From: Leptogorgia sarmentosa
Lineage: Eukaryota
Direction: 5' to 3'
DNA length: 64,000 nucleotides
Assembly (NCBI GenBank): GCA_964658305.1
Contig: OZ210885.1
Location: 1,054,001 to 1,118,000 of the forward strand
In this document: piece by piece, positions 1 through 12,347 of the stretch
Layout of the letters: every line of letters starts with the position of its first letter
Numbering within the stretch: position 1 is the first letter of the stretch
Translations under genes and position numbers: made by a program
Notes under the pieces: model-generated
What the model was told of the DNA's origin: nothing
Seen by the model: the letters and a program-made list of their open reading frames with translations, nothing else
The model's database searches: none

Positions 1-237
1 TAAATTTCTAGCTAACAAACCCCTGGATTTGGTAGGGAAGCAGTGTAAGAATACCAAGCCATCTGTTCGACCATCACTGCCAGCACTGATTATATTACTG
101 AAAGAAATCAGTGAAAGAGGTTAAGTTTCCATTGCAAAATGAATAATTCTCTATTTAAACACGTTTATATTTCATGATTCACATTATGATATAACTAGCT
201 TACATTTGGTATATATGTACTTAGTATCTAAACATCT

Positions 238-665
238 AAATATTAATTTAAAATAAATTAATGCTGTGAGTAGTTGAAACTTATGTTGTCAAGACTTCGA
301 GTCTTTAGTCAGCAGGTTGTCAAGACCTAGAGTCTTTCGGCAGCCAGTGGAAACTACTTTGAAGCAGGGTACTAGAATTATGTAAACATTTAAATATCAA
401 TTTAAAATAAATTAATGCTGTAAGTAGTTGAAACGTATGTTGTCAAGACTTCGAGTCTTTAGTCAGCAGGTTGTCAAGACCTTGAGTCTTTCGGCAGCCA
501 GTGGAAACTTTTTTACAGTATAAATAGTACATAGTTAACCATTAAAATATCAATTTAAAATAAATTAATGCTGTGAGTAGTTGAAACTTATGTTGTCAAG
601 ACTTCGAGTCTTTAGTCAGCAGGTTGTCAAGACCTAGAGTCTTTCGACAATCAGTGGAAACTGTT
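238..665. repeat. Tandem repeat, ~153-bp unit x3, each with two AAGAC-N5-GTCTT hairpin motifs
   Basis: Near-identical blocks aatttaaaataaattaatgctgt...gttgtcaagacttcgagtctttagtcagcaggttgtcaagacc...agtggaaact begin near 245, 399 and 552. Confidence 0.9.
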
Positions 666-1238
666 TCACAGTGTAATACATATAAACACTGTAGATATCA
701 TACAGTAATTAATTGTTCAACACTTTCTTTGAATAATGAGTGAAATAATTCGAAATTAAAAATACAGTAAATGATAAATTAAACTAAAATTCATACTATG
801 CATATTTGGAAATTATTGCAGAAATTTGTAGGATTCTGATATATTAATACTATGCAGTATGCCATATTTATATATAGGCAGGATATGTATTTCAAATGAT
901 ACAATCCTGAAATACTCAGCAGCAAAAATATAATAATATCATGGAATATAATTTATATAAGTAGTGTTCCATGTACATACAGTAGTGTATAAATAGTATG
1001 CTGTAGATAATTCATGTCAACAGTTTAAATAGCTTGAAATAAATGTTTTAAAGGGTCGCTGGGGCAAACCAATGTTGAATGGTTTGCTGCCAGTATTTTG
1101 TTTATTTTTTTTTCGCACAGATTTTAACAAAAGTTAATAGAGACGTGGCAGTACTACACCATATGAAAGGCTGTACCAAAATTCAACACCTAGCTACTGT
1201 AGGGAATAAATAACTCGGTCAAGAAAGAATGCACGTCG

Positions 1239-2035
1239 CAACCTCGTACCCAGGGCTTATTGGCTTCTCGGCGAAGCTATAAGCCCTGGCGCAAGCCAAA
1301 CCGGAACACCACAAATCTGGGTGTTTGCCGGAAGTAAATGCTGACTCAGCATATTTTTTCGCAAGGAGTGAAAATATAAATGATCTGCGACTTTACGCAA
1401 AAATTTCACAATATACAACTTTATATTTTAAATTATATTGTTATTGGTGTTAATATTAATGTTTGTTCGTATTACATATTGTCAACATTATCGTGATCGT
1501 ATGAAACATAATTTGGCCTCATGTCATGTCGTCAACTCGTCAAGACGATCTGTTTCAAGCTACGCTTTCCAAATCTCTCCACAAACTTAATAAAGCCGGA
1601 ATGAAAATTAGAGAGAAGCAATACGATACTTATTTATACCTTTAATTACTTTCTTATTACTTCAAAGATAGTATACATTTCATACTGCCGTTACTGCGCG
1701 AGTGTGTATTTTGATATATAAATAATACAATAATACGGATAATATGCTGAATATTTTAATGTTGTATCCAAAGTCTGCCAACTAGCTATACATTACATTA
1801 TTTATAACCAGGATTTATATTGATTATTGGTAATAACCATGGTGTTAACTGACATTTTTCGTATGTTTATATATTTCTATTCACATTGCATTCTGCGACT
1901 CTGGCATAATGTGTTCTAGATCCGCATTCCATTGCATTCAAATTCAAGCGACCAATCAAATCACTTCCGCTTTGGCTTGCGCCAGGGCTTATAGCTTTGC
2001 CGAGAAGTCAATTATAAGCCCTGGGTACGAGGTTG
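1239..2035. mobile_element. Non-autonomous TIR DNA transposon, 9-bp TSD (AcademH-like)
   Basis: TIR CAACCTCGTACCCAGGGCTTAT (~70 bp imperfect); TSD TGCACGTCG at 1230-1238 and 2036-2044; family inferred from termini and TSD length. Confidence 0.8.
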
Positions 2036-3453
2036 TGCACGTCGAAGTTCGCTTTGTATTTTATAGATGTATTTAATTTACTATTATCACACACCGTCTT
2101 CTTGTAGGTACAAACAATAAAAACGTACTAACCTGTTCTTATGTAGACTAAACAAACAGATAATTCGCTCGCATTTTGAAAATATACATTTTTCTTCAGC
2201 TTTAAATTTTCTTCAGCATTTTTCTGTGCTTCAAGTGCGCCCGAGAGCCAAGCATTAAGAGGCCGTCTCCATAAAAACCACCTACTCACTTTCGCGTTGA
2301 AATTTTTTCCCCCTCATATTTCTCTCATTTATTAGCCTTTATTTGTCGGTAATAAATATGTATTCAGATTAGGGATTCTTACATTATTTTTCATTTTTTG
2401 CTATATTTTCTACTTTGTGTCTACTATGGCTATTTTTAGACAGTTTCAGACGTAAAATTATCAATTTTCAAAGAAACTCCAGATATGCGTACAACATAAT
2501 TTGATTCATATTTTGGGTTTATGTGAAAGAATTATATCTCTGCAAAAATTTCAGGGCAATGTGTCGTGTATGTTATAGGAGTTTAAATATTTTTTTCCAT
2601 TATTTCTAACGGCAATTCCGACATGCTGAAAAAATTGCAAATATAACCATTATTCAACTTTGTTTTTTTGAAAAGTACAACCAGTTATTCGCCTAGACTG
2701 AACTTAAAATTAAACTACCAATATTGATCTAAAATTCCATGAAAAATCTTTTTTGGGGACACAAACCGATGCGCTCGAAATTTCAATGAAATATTTGCAA
2801 ATTTGACGCGGCATTAATTAGTACTTAGAAACTATCGTCTCACTATGACATTGAACAAACAACTTGAATCATATGTTTAAAACATTTTATCATGTCTATT
2901 TGGTATTTGCAAAGAAAAACAACAATATTTCATGCATGCAGCTCTTTTCCTTTCCTAGCAGTCTTTTGAAATAGATAAAACGAGCGTTCCCGATCATAGT
3001 ATAATTGCAATCACGAAAATCATTCTACATATTTTCGATATATTCATCAAACTTTATCAAATATATTTATTGTTGTAGTTTATTTAGCATAAGCAGTCAC
3101 TCTTGTGAACATAAAATAACATTCAACCATTGTCAATTGGCAAAGAAACAATGAATTTACAGTCGATAGAAAGGCGGGTTTTCCCCTAAAGTATCAAGTG
3201 TGCTGTGGCTATTTTATTTTCGTAGCAATCTTTTGAAATAGATAAAAACAAGCGTGCCCGATCATGGTATAATTGCAACCACAATAATCGGAGACGTCGC
3301 GAACTGATCGACATTGGGAGTTCGGGGAGGGGGGGGGGGGTTGAGGGGGGTAGTGGGGCATCCTGATGCTTTGACCAAATTTCGGTGATAATTTTGACTG
3401 AGTTTAAGTGTTTGCGCGAGTGTCTTTGACTTTGCCGGATTTTATTGTAGTTA

Positions 3454-4252
3454 CAGGGACCGCGGAACTGGGGGGGCCAGGGGTGCCATGGCCCCCCCAC
3501 TTTTTGGCACATGAAGTTCAGTGAAAGTTCAGCGCAGCTGATAATCGCGCAACGGAGAGTAGTTCGACGTAGATGTCCGCAACTGTGACGAACAAAATCG
3601 GATATACCCGATTTCCTCGCTTTATTCATTACTGCAGAGCCAACTTATTGAACGTAGTTGGATATGTACAATTTACGCTCTTGTGCAATACATTAGCGCA
3701 CAGATTTTCAGATGACAATTTATCGTGAATACTTAGTGACTGAACACTGAAACGATTCAAATTTGCTTTATTTGGAGAACTCAATCTACATGCCACTTCG
3801 AACCTTTCCTGGCATGAGTTTTATATTGGTTGGGACATAGGCGTAGTGTGTGGGAGGTGCGACACCCCCCACTTTTTGGTCGATCTGTCGGTAAAATATA
3901 TAATCTGTCTGTTGGACATGTCGGTAAACTATTATCATCATCCGTAAAACTCGCTAACTCGGTCTAAAAAAGGTAGAGTTAAGACTCTGAAATGGTTGTT
4001 TCCGGGGATCTAGAGGGTCCCATTGTTCAAATTTTTTTAGATCGGCGCCAACCATGGTGGCGCCTCTTGCCAATCTACTCCTCTAATGTTGAGAATGATA
4101 CCCGTCGGTAAAACAAAAATATATTACAGCCTCCCACTGAAACGAGTCGCGCCACTGCACTGGTTTGGGTGACGAGAGGAGACATGTTAAGAATTAATTT
4201 CCGGAAAGGATATTCTGGCCCCCCCACATTTAAATCCGCTCCGCGGTCCCTG
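3454..4252. mobile_element. MITE with CAGGGACCGCGGA TIR and apparent 5-bp TSD
   Basis: CAGGGACCGCGGA ... TCCGCGGTCCCTG; AGTTA on both flanks (3449-3453, 4253-4257). Confidence 0.75.
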
Positions 4253-4784
4253 AGTTATATAATAATTAATGTGAATAGAAAATTATATTCTTAATGTATG
4301 TATATATAAGGACACTAACTCATAATCGAATCATATTTTTATAAATTTAAAGAAAATACAAACTACATTGAACGAAGTAAGGGAGAGTTCATATACGCCG
4401 CCAGTTATACTTAGTCTAAGTACAGTGCACAGTCAGATTTTCCCTGGAAATTTCCACATGGATAACTGAAATAATCGGATAGGAAACAAGCCAAGTCCAC
4501 AACAGTTGTAAAGTTAAAGGTGCCCTCCACTCATAATGTAAACAAATGCTTTGTTGACATTTTGAACAGCTATATTTGTAAAATATGATAATACTAACAG
4601 CATATCTAACGCTGTTTTGGTTTGCTATGGTCATAAATGGATATAAACCAGAGTTTTGATTCAAAAAAAGTTCGGAACATTACAAAATTTTTGCAATGTT
4701 ATATCTGCGGGTCCCGATTTGTTATGCGCAGAACGGATGCGCAGAACGGAGTGGACATCACCTTTATTAATGGTTTAAAGTTAA

Positions 4785-6138
4785 AGTGTTACTGCAACGA
4801 ATTTTTCGACCTCATTTTTTTTGCCTTAAGTAAATATTCAGGTCGAAAGATGAAATTTGGTGTATAGATGACTTTTGTACGTTGAGTGGAAGTAACTAAA
4901 TTTCGCCTCCAAACTTCGATACCGGATGCGAACAAAACAGCCGCCATTTTGTCACCTTGTGACGTCACAAGTGTAACACGTTTAGCAAAGCTACTAGTAA
5001 ATTGTATTGCGTTAGAGCTATACTCTGTGTTTCTCGCGCTTTTTTGGCCGGAAAAAAAATTCTTTTGAAACAAAACTTGAACATATGCATTTTAAGACAA
5101 TATATTTTGCTCATGTCGAGTAACGAGTCTGGCGGGGACCCGCAATCGTGTGAAAGTTCAAGTGAAACTACATGACATGTCACATCGCACTGCTTTGCGT
5201 ACGACGATGAACCTATAGCAGAACCTGGGGAAACGAGTTGTGTTTCAGAGGATCCAGATGGATTGTTGCCAGCAACTATTGAACAAAGAAGCGACGGTAG
5301 AATAACTCTGGAACAGTGATAAGTGAAGGTTCAAGACTGTTTAGACTTTAGCCTAATTAAAATAGCCGACGTAGGCTAAATTTGAATGTATATTTTATTG
5401 CTTTTATTTAATATTCATCTGTAATGATATATTGTTAATTTTAGTATCAATATATTGATATCAGTATAATTATTGATTCCACATTGCCGTCTCAATATCT
5501 ATCAGAACAAGTGTGTGTGTAAAAGAGCCCAATTTTATAGGCCCTTTCTTTTGGGCTTTCTTGCCTTCTATTTATTAAATTTGTAAATACTTAAGCTGTG
5601 GCAGAATAAATTGATTTCATTAATTGATAAGGAAAATAGTCATAATTCATAGCAAGTTAATATTTAGCGATTTTGCTAACTCTAGATTCATATCGTAGCA
5701 CGAATGAAGGCACGAGGTCGCTGTAGCGTCAAAACCCGGGTTATGTTTACAGACAAATTTCACGCACTTATTCCGTCTCTGAGCATCTGTTTCTTCATTA
5801 GGGAATAGATGCATAGATACTCCTTCAGTTTTGCTATCATTGGCGCAGCTAACTAAGTTAGGACCGCCAGCAACGCAGCGTTTTCCTCCGCGACTAGCTT
5901 TACGTCTATTAGAAATATACGCCATGTTGACAATGTGTTACACTTGTGACGTCACACGGCATTAATATGGTGGTCGAAAAGTTCGCACGGAAGTAGCCAA
6001 AAATCACAACTTTGAAAGGCCATAAAATCCGTTTGAAAAGAGCAATTTTAATTCTGTTTGCGGTAAACATATTCGGAGAGTAAGTACTTTAAAATAAGCC
6101 AATAAAAAAGGGGTCGAAAAATTCGTTGCAGTAACACT
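4785..6138. mobile_element. Internally deleted Kolobok-like DNA transposon
   Basis: 27-bp perfect TIR AGTGTTACTGCAACGAATTTTTCGACC; TTAA TSD at 4781-4784 and 6139-6142; THAP remnant on minus strand; convergent decayed ORF start at 5113 (+). Confidence 0.85.
5647..5925 (-). pseudogene. THAP-domain remnant (N-terminus of Kolobok transposase)
   Basis: RCVAGG...SCAN...VSMHLFP...RRNKCVKFV...CLHS matches a degenerate THAP pattern (conserved W appears as C); truncated. Confidence 0.7.
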
Positions 6139-6689
6139 TTAACTTGAAATCAGTATGTACGTTATATTTATACAATTATGGATGCGGTTTTAAAAAGGGA
6201 ATGATGTAATGAACATGACTCCCAGTCTAAAAATATAGCCACATCACATTGATACCTAAGGGGAAAACCCGCCTTTGTATCGACTGTAAATTCAATGTTT
6301 CTTTGCCAATTGACAATGGTTGAATGTTATTTTATGTTCACAAGAGTGACTGCTTACAGGGCCGCCGAGAGGGGGGGGCACTTTGCCCCGGGCCCCCAAG
6401 TGAGAGGGGCCCCCTAAAATCCCATAGTAGGAGGGGCCCCGGCCCCTAAAATAAATTTAACCCTTTCTCTCGCATCGTTGTGGAAAAAAATTATCTTTTT
6501 CTTTTACCTCTGTCTAACGTCACACGATTTTACTCGTCAAGCGAAGAGTATTGAAATATACAGAATGTTAATTATTTTTCTTTCTCGAATAAACTGTGAT
6601 TCTTTCGGTCAAAAGCCTTCTCTTCTCAGATTATTACGAGGTTTAATTATTAATATTTAACTAAAATCTACGGAAGCGTATAAGTATCA

Positions 6690-6830
6690 TCCGAGTTCCG
6701 AGTTGTAAAAATCCGAGATCCGAAATCCGAGTTTAAAAAGTCCGAGATCCGAGTTGTAAAAATCCGAGATCCGAAATCCGAGTTTAAAAAGTCCGAGATC
6801 CGAGTTCTGAGTTGTAAACAAGTCCGAGAT
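6690..6830. repeat. Left subterminal TCCGAG-rich array (51-bp unit) of the IS3EU-like element
   Basis: atccgagttgtaaaaatccgagatccgaaatccgagtttaaaaagtccgag, ~2.5 copies; inverted relative to 16413-16695. Confidence 0.9.
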
Positions 6831-7675
6831 CTCGCTCGTTAATTCAGCAATATGGAATCAGAAGAGGATGACTTGAACAAGGTTAGTAAATCACTTAATT
6901 TGTTCATTTTTGCGTCGTTTTGCTTTCATGTTTAATGCCTTGAAGCGATCTTGTTTTTGTGAGCACTATTCGTTGAATGTTGTTATATAAACTATTAAGA
7001 CACGCGGAGATTACTTACTAATATTATTTAACTGCGGAAGTAGCGAGGCATTTGTCATTTCTCCTATCGTCAGCCCTTCTTTAGTCTCGCAGTTAACAAC
7101 GGTTTTCTGTTAGATTGGGCCCGTTTGTTAAAGTGCAAGTGTAACAGAAAAAAATCAACCTTTCAAATTCATATATTGTAGTATTTTGGCATGGCTCATC
7201 GGGCATAGGAAATTACTTATTCGCTCTTCATTTATTTCATGTTCAGATAAATTTCCAACATATTTTGATACTTGCTCAAATTTCAGTTGTAATTTGTATT
7301 TGAGCTTTATTCCATGAGTATACACCTGCTGCTCTTGCCCAACACTAATTAAAGCTGTCAATATTGATGATAATTAACAGGTTGCTTGCATTGTTCATAG
7401 TTGCCAACAATATTGTTCAGAATTGTTGAGCCTGATTCAGCCCGCAATCAAGTGCAACAATGCTAAACAATATTTTTGATAACTGCGAAGAATGTGGGCA
7501 GCACAACATTGTTGCATCCTGTTCTCAACAACCTTGAACAAGTCAAAATTTTAATTTTGGCTGTACCATTACAAATGTCGAATCACACATGCTACTTCAT
7601 GTAATGCAAATTTTAGTGGATCAACTTAATGAGACGCCCATTTTCAGGTTACTATGGCACAACATTGTTCAATCT

Positions 7676-8089
7676 TTAAGAAATAGAAAATATTTTCCGT
7701 GTTTCTATAGAGTTATAGAAACACGCGTGGAAGTTTGGGAGAAACGAGAAATTCCGTGGGAACACGAGCACAAAGTGCGAGTGTTTCCACACAATTTCGA
7801 GTTTCTCCCAAACTTACACAAGTGTTTCTATAACTTATAGGAACACGGAAAAAATGTTTTCTATTTCCTTTATTAAATAGCCTTTAAAAAACAATAAAAA
7901 AGATAAATTTATTGATTTTAGTTACATTCATTCAAAGATTCATTTTGTTTTTTATTTCCCGCGCAGTCCACCCAACCTGCGTGAAAATCCTCGTGTTTCA
8001 ACGTGTTGTCCTATTATAGTGTTATAGAAACACGGGTTTTTTGAGCTCTCGTGAATCAACGCCCGTGTTTTTAAAAGGATATTTTATAA
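7676..8089. repeat. Palindromic MITE-like repeat in intron 1 of the HECT gene
   Basis: Long internal inverted repeat ttccgtgtttctata...agtttgggagaaac / gtttctcccaaact...tataggaacacggaa; boundaries approximate. Confidence 0.6.
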
Positions 8090-8984
8090 TGTTATATTCA
8101 AACCGGGCTCATAATTCTTGGCAGTGTAATATGACTCGACCCACGTCTGAGCTGCTTGTGAGAGAATGTATTGTGTCAATGTAAGGCTTGGCGGTGAGGA
8201 CGATGTGAAACAGCAATGCCTTGATCCTGTGGGGTTTTCCCTATAATCAATATTAGGGGGTTTCTAAATGCATTCAGGTCAAAAAAGATTATCCAAGATA
8301 AAATTTCAAAAAACAGATGCTAAAAGCATCAAAACATGCTCAAAGGGTTTCAGATTTGAGGGTTCTAACCATGTTCAAATTTGGGGGTATTCATGGGACA
8401 TGAATACATGGGACTGGGACACGTTATTTACCTTGTATTATTTACCATGTGTTATCAGGTAGTTGAATTCTTAAAGAAAAGGAAAGCAAGTGAGACCACA
8501 ATCAAGAACATTAAGAGGCAGAAGGTTTGCTATATTAATTTACTCAGTGTATTTGTTGGGTTAAGAACAACAGAAGCAGATATAACTCAACATAATGTGT
8601 ATCACATCAGGAATGAATCGATTTCTAATGTCTGAATTATTTCTTACAGATTGATGTGGCTTCAATCAGCAATCTAACAGAAAAAGATTTTGACGATCTT
8701 GGTGTCACTATTGGTGACAGGAGGGCACTTCAATCATCGTTTGCGTCGAGTAGCTCGAAAAAAGGAACAATAGAGAAACTCAAGGATTTTTTGAAGGCAA
8801 AGAATCAGCAACGAAAGAAAGGTGGAAACAAAATCGCTGCAAAGAAAAGCACCTTAAAACTAGAGATTGGTTGGAGACATAAAAGTTGGAAAGAACAAGA
8901 ATACCGACAAGTCAAGTTCCCACAAGGTGGGGGCACAAGGCTAAAAGATTTTGATCGCAGTGCAACATATGAAACAGTTTTGAA

Positions 8985-11900
8985 CTTCATATAAAACTTT
9001 ATTAACAATTCTCTCAAATAAATAACAATAAAAATTAGCATTTAAAAATGATAAATATTTAAAATTTGCACCCAATTTCTTTGGGTCTATTCAATTTTGT
9101 GAAAACTATTTACAATATCAACATTGTCAATGTCATTATTTAGTCGTTTTAAGGTTCTGGTTCCTCTCAAGCATACAACAGCTGACCTTACTAGGTTTAT
9201 AGATAATTTAACTCTGAGCCAGCGTATTACGTTATTGTAGTGAAGCTGTTTCTTCGTGGATAGCTTTAAGGCAAGTTCTGATATAAAGCGTTCAGCTTCT
9301 CTTCCGCTTCCACCATAAGGTGTAAATACGAGTGGTGTGAATGTACCATGTTCTACTTCGATAACACGTCTGTTATACTGTCGTTTCTTCTCGTTCTCGT
9401 TACTTGTGAATGTAGTGTTCAGTTTCTGGTTAAGGTGGCTCTTTGCAAATGGGTTAAAAACCCTCACATCAAAGAATGCACGTTGCCCCCTTTGCCAAAA
9501 GCCTCTAGCACTGACATCTAGTCGGGCTTCATCTGCCAAGTTGGCGCTGCAGGGAAGAACTTCTCCTGCTATCGTTTCAAGTTGTGGCTCCACTTGCACA
9601 TCGTAGCAGACATCATTAAGTAGGTCGCCAAACAGATCTCTGACATCGTCGTGGCGTCTGTGAACGAACCCGCCTTTCATACAGGACATCGCATGGTCAA
9701 CATCGAATCTCTTACCACAGGGACAGGTTGATGGAAGATACTTTGGTGTCCAACGGTATCTTAGACTAAGCGCGTCGTAGAACTCCCTCTTGTTCAGGTT
9801 GAAGTTTTCTGACTTTAATGGTAAAGTAGTCAGCCAGCTGGAAGCGCCCTTCATCCTGCTTAGGTCATTTGCTCTGATTTGTTCTTGATTCATCTTCTCG
9901 CGAATTTGTTGGAGGATGGTCTTATGCTGTTCATCTCTCTCCTTGATTACGTTCTTTCTCGCGGTCTTAAGCCGTCCTGTGTCCATCGGTGCTGTATTGT
10001 CCTGATTCCTAATATTTGTGACAAGTTGATCAGTTACTAAACGAGAATTTGCATACTCAAAGTCAGCAATATTCGAAAAAATGGGTATTGCTAGTCCTCC
10101 TTTCTTTACTGGTAAAGACAGCAGAAGTCTTTCATCAGTGGAGCAGATATGGCCTTCTGTTATTGCTGGAATAAACTTGTTATCTACTACTTCGTCTAGT
10201 TTCACGAGATGTTGCTTAATGTTAGGTATTGTTCTAATATAATAGGTCAACTTATGTCTAAAACCACTAGTAAATACAGCATAGGCGGCTTGTGGTTCTG
10301 ATCTTGCTATTTTGGACAGAAGTGTCAGTTGATCACACCATGTGTCTACCAGACCCTCGACGTATTTAGACTGGCCATCCTCACTGCCAATGAATCCTCC
10401 AAGATATTTTCTTCCCTCTGTTGTAATTTTAATGTTAGTATCAGCAAAGACTTGTTGTGCTTCATCTTCTGCTTCTGATTTTACAACTAACCATGATTTT
10501 AGAGCATTTGGGTAGTATCCTAGTTTAGGACCTAGAGTTGCTATATTATCCCACCATGTTCGAAGATGGGTTAAATTGCCAGCACCACTCAGATCATCTG
10601 CAAAGGCTACATGTTTTATTCTGGCGTCTTCTGATTTAATGACTTCCAGTAGGGGGGTTATTCCTATGGCATATACTGGCATTGCCAGAGGATCGCCCTG
10701 TGTGGTTCCCTCTGATGACAAAATTTCGGTACCTCCAAGAACAAATAAGCGAGATGGAATGCTGTAACAGTTCCTTATATACGTAGCCATTGGTGGGCAT
10801 AAGTATCGTATGTTGTGTAGTAATACAGCACGGTTAAGTGAGTTGAAGGCGTTATCCGCATCCACCAGGAGTGCTGCATCTGTAGACTGGGCATCAAAGA
10901 TGTCTTTAATGGCGTGTACAGCAGCTTCACATCCACTTGCTTGACCAGCACAGAGTTGTAAGTTTCCTGCTGAGTTTATGATGTCGGGCTTTATGACTGA
11001 CAGGATAGCTTTTCCTACAATCCTCCGCAATACTTCGCCAATGCCTATGGGTCTGACTCCTGGGTTCTTGTCCAAAGGTATCAGCCGACAAGCTAAATAA
11101 GCTTCAAGATTTGTGTAGATTTTGTTCTCTTCGACGGTGGCTTCTATCTCAACGGTACTGACTTTTTGTGCAAAGGTAGCAAGTGCACATCTGAGATTTT
11201 TTCCAGCTGTTGCAAAATTCTTTGAAACGAGGATCCTCCTCCAACCATCCGCATCTAAGCCCGAGGGTCCACTAGATCCCTTCGTTCGTAAAGCTGCATC
11301 CATGATAGTAGATTCTGTTATGTTTTGAAACATAACAGGGCAACAAAGGGTAGCGAACCATCCATCAATTCAGATGTTTCTGCTTCGGTTGCATCCGGGT
11401 GCTTTCGTCTTAATTCTTCTATTGTGCTTTGAGATAGCGGAAGGACACCCTTACTATTTTCTTTATCCAAAAGCTTCATTGCTGCGTTTATCTTTCCTTC
11501 AAGTACCAGCTTAGCAAAGGTTTTCGCCAAGCGTTCCTCACTCATATTATTTGGCTTCGATGCATGTAATTTATCTTGGATTGTACGGGCCTCTCGAAGC
11601 AAAGCATTTAAATCACCACTCTCCCATTGTGTCAGTCGTCTTGATAAGCATTTAGAGTGTTCCTTCGATGTTGATTTGAATGTTGGTTTCTGTAGAAGTA
11701 GAGCAGGCATGACCATTAGCACTTTAAGAGCAATATCTTTAAAGTAGATAGAGTCATTATTCCAGTATTCGATCCACTTTGTTGTTTCTGTGATAAATTT
11801 CTTTCCTGCCGCTCCACTTGGTAGCATAAATAGATTGCGCCTCCAGAATACAATTTCATTATATATTTGATCAATCGTATGGTGGACGTCTTCTTTAGTC

Positions 11901-12347
11901 AGGTCCTGACCCCAAACATTTGGCAATGATGATTGGACTTGTACATTGTTGTTGTTGTTTGGCTCGCTTTGAGCTGATATTTGCTGGCCCGAGGGCTGTT
12001 GAACTGGTTGTGAGGAGCCCAGCTTTTTCCTGCATGCACTCAGATGAATATTTTTTCCGTGATTTGTGGAGAATGTTCGTGAACACAAGTTACATTTGAA
12101 GGAAGCCGGCATTTGAGTTTGTATTTGAGCTTGTTCGTCTTTGTGCTGTTGATATTGCATCTTTCATCAGTGAAAAACGTTTATTTGGCTGCTTTGTGGC
12201 AATCAACTTGATTCGAAGTCTTCCTTGACGTTTAAGGTTATCTGGAGTGTAAAAATAGTTGCAACTTTATGCTTTTTTCCAACCATTAAACTTAAATTTG
12301 CCGAGCTAGCTTCGACAGCCATTTTGTACCGCCATCTTGTTTATGCA
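8985..12347 (-). mobile_element. Apparently full-length CRE-clade (RLE) non-LTR retrotransposon
   Basis: 13-bp TSD AAACAGTTTTGAA (8972-8984, 12348-12360); removing it restores the host frame ETVLN|AGKDFFFPNG. Confidence 0.92.
9087..12160 (-). pseudogene. CRE ORF: Zn finger - reverse transcriptase - CCHC - restriction-like endonuclease, one frameshift near 11340
   Basis: CNLCSRTFSTNHGKNIH; RPIGIGEVLRR; GTTQGDPLAM; FADD; CPCG...HAMSC..GG...RHD; RLD...FFDVRV...KKRQY; one added base joins the two ORFs as PFV[D]PVMFQNIT. Confidence 0.9.

Noticed and set aside
11318..11345. Two-ORF organisation of the CRE
   Set aside because: One missing base explains the break; CRE elements of this type are normally single-ORF
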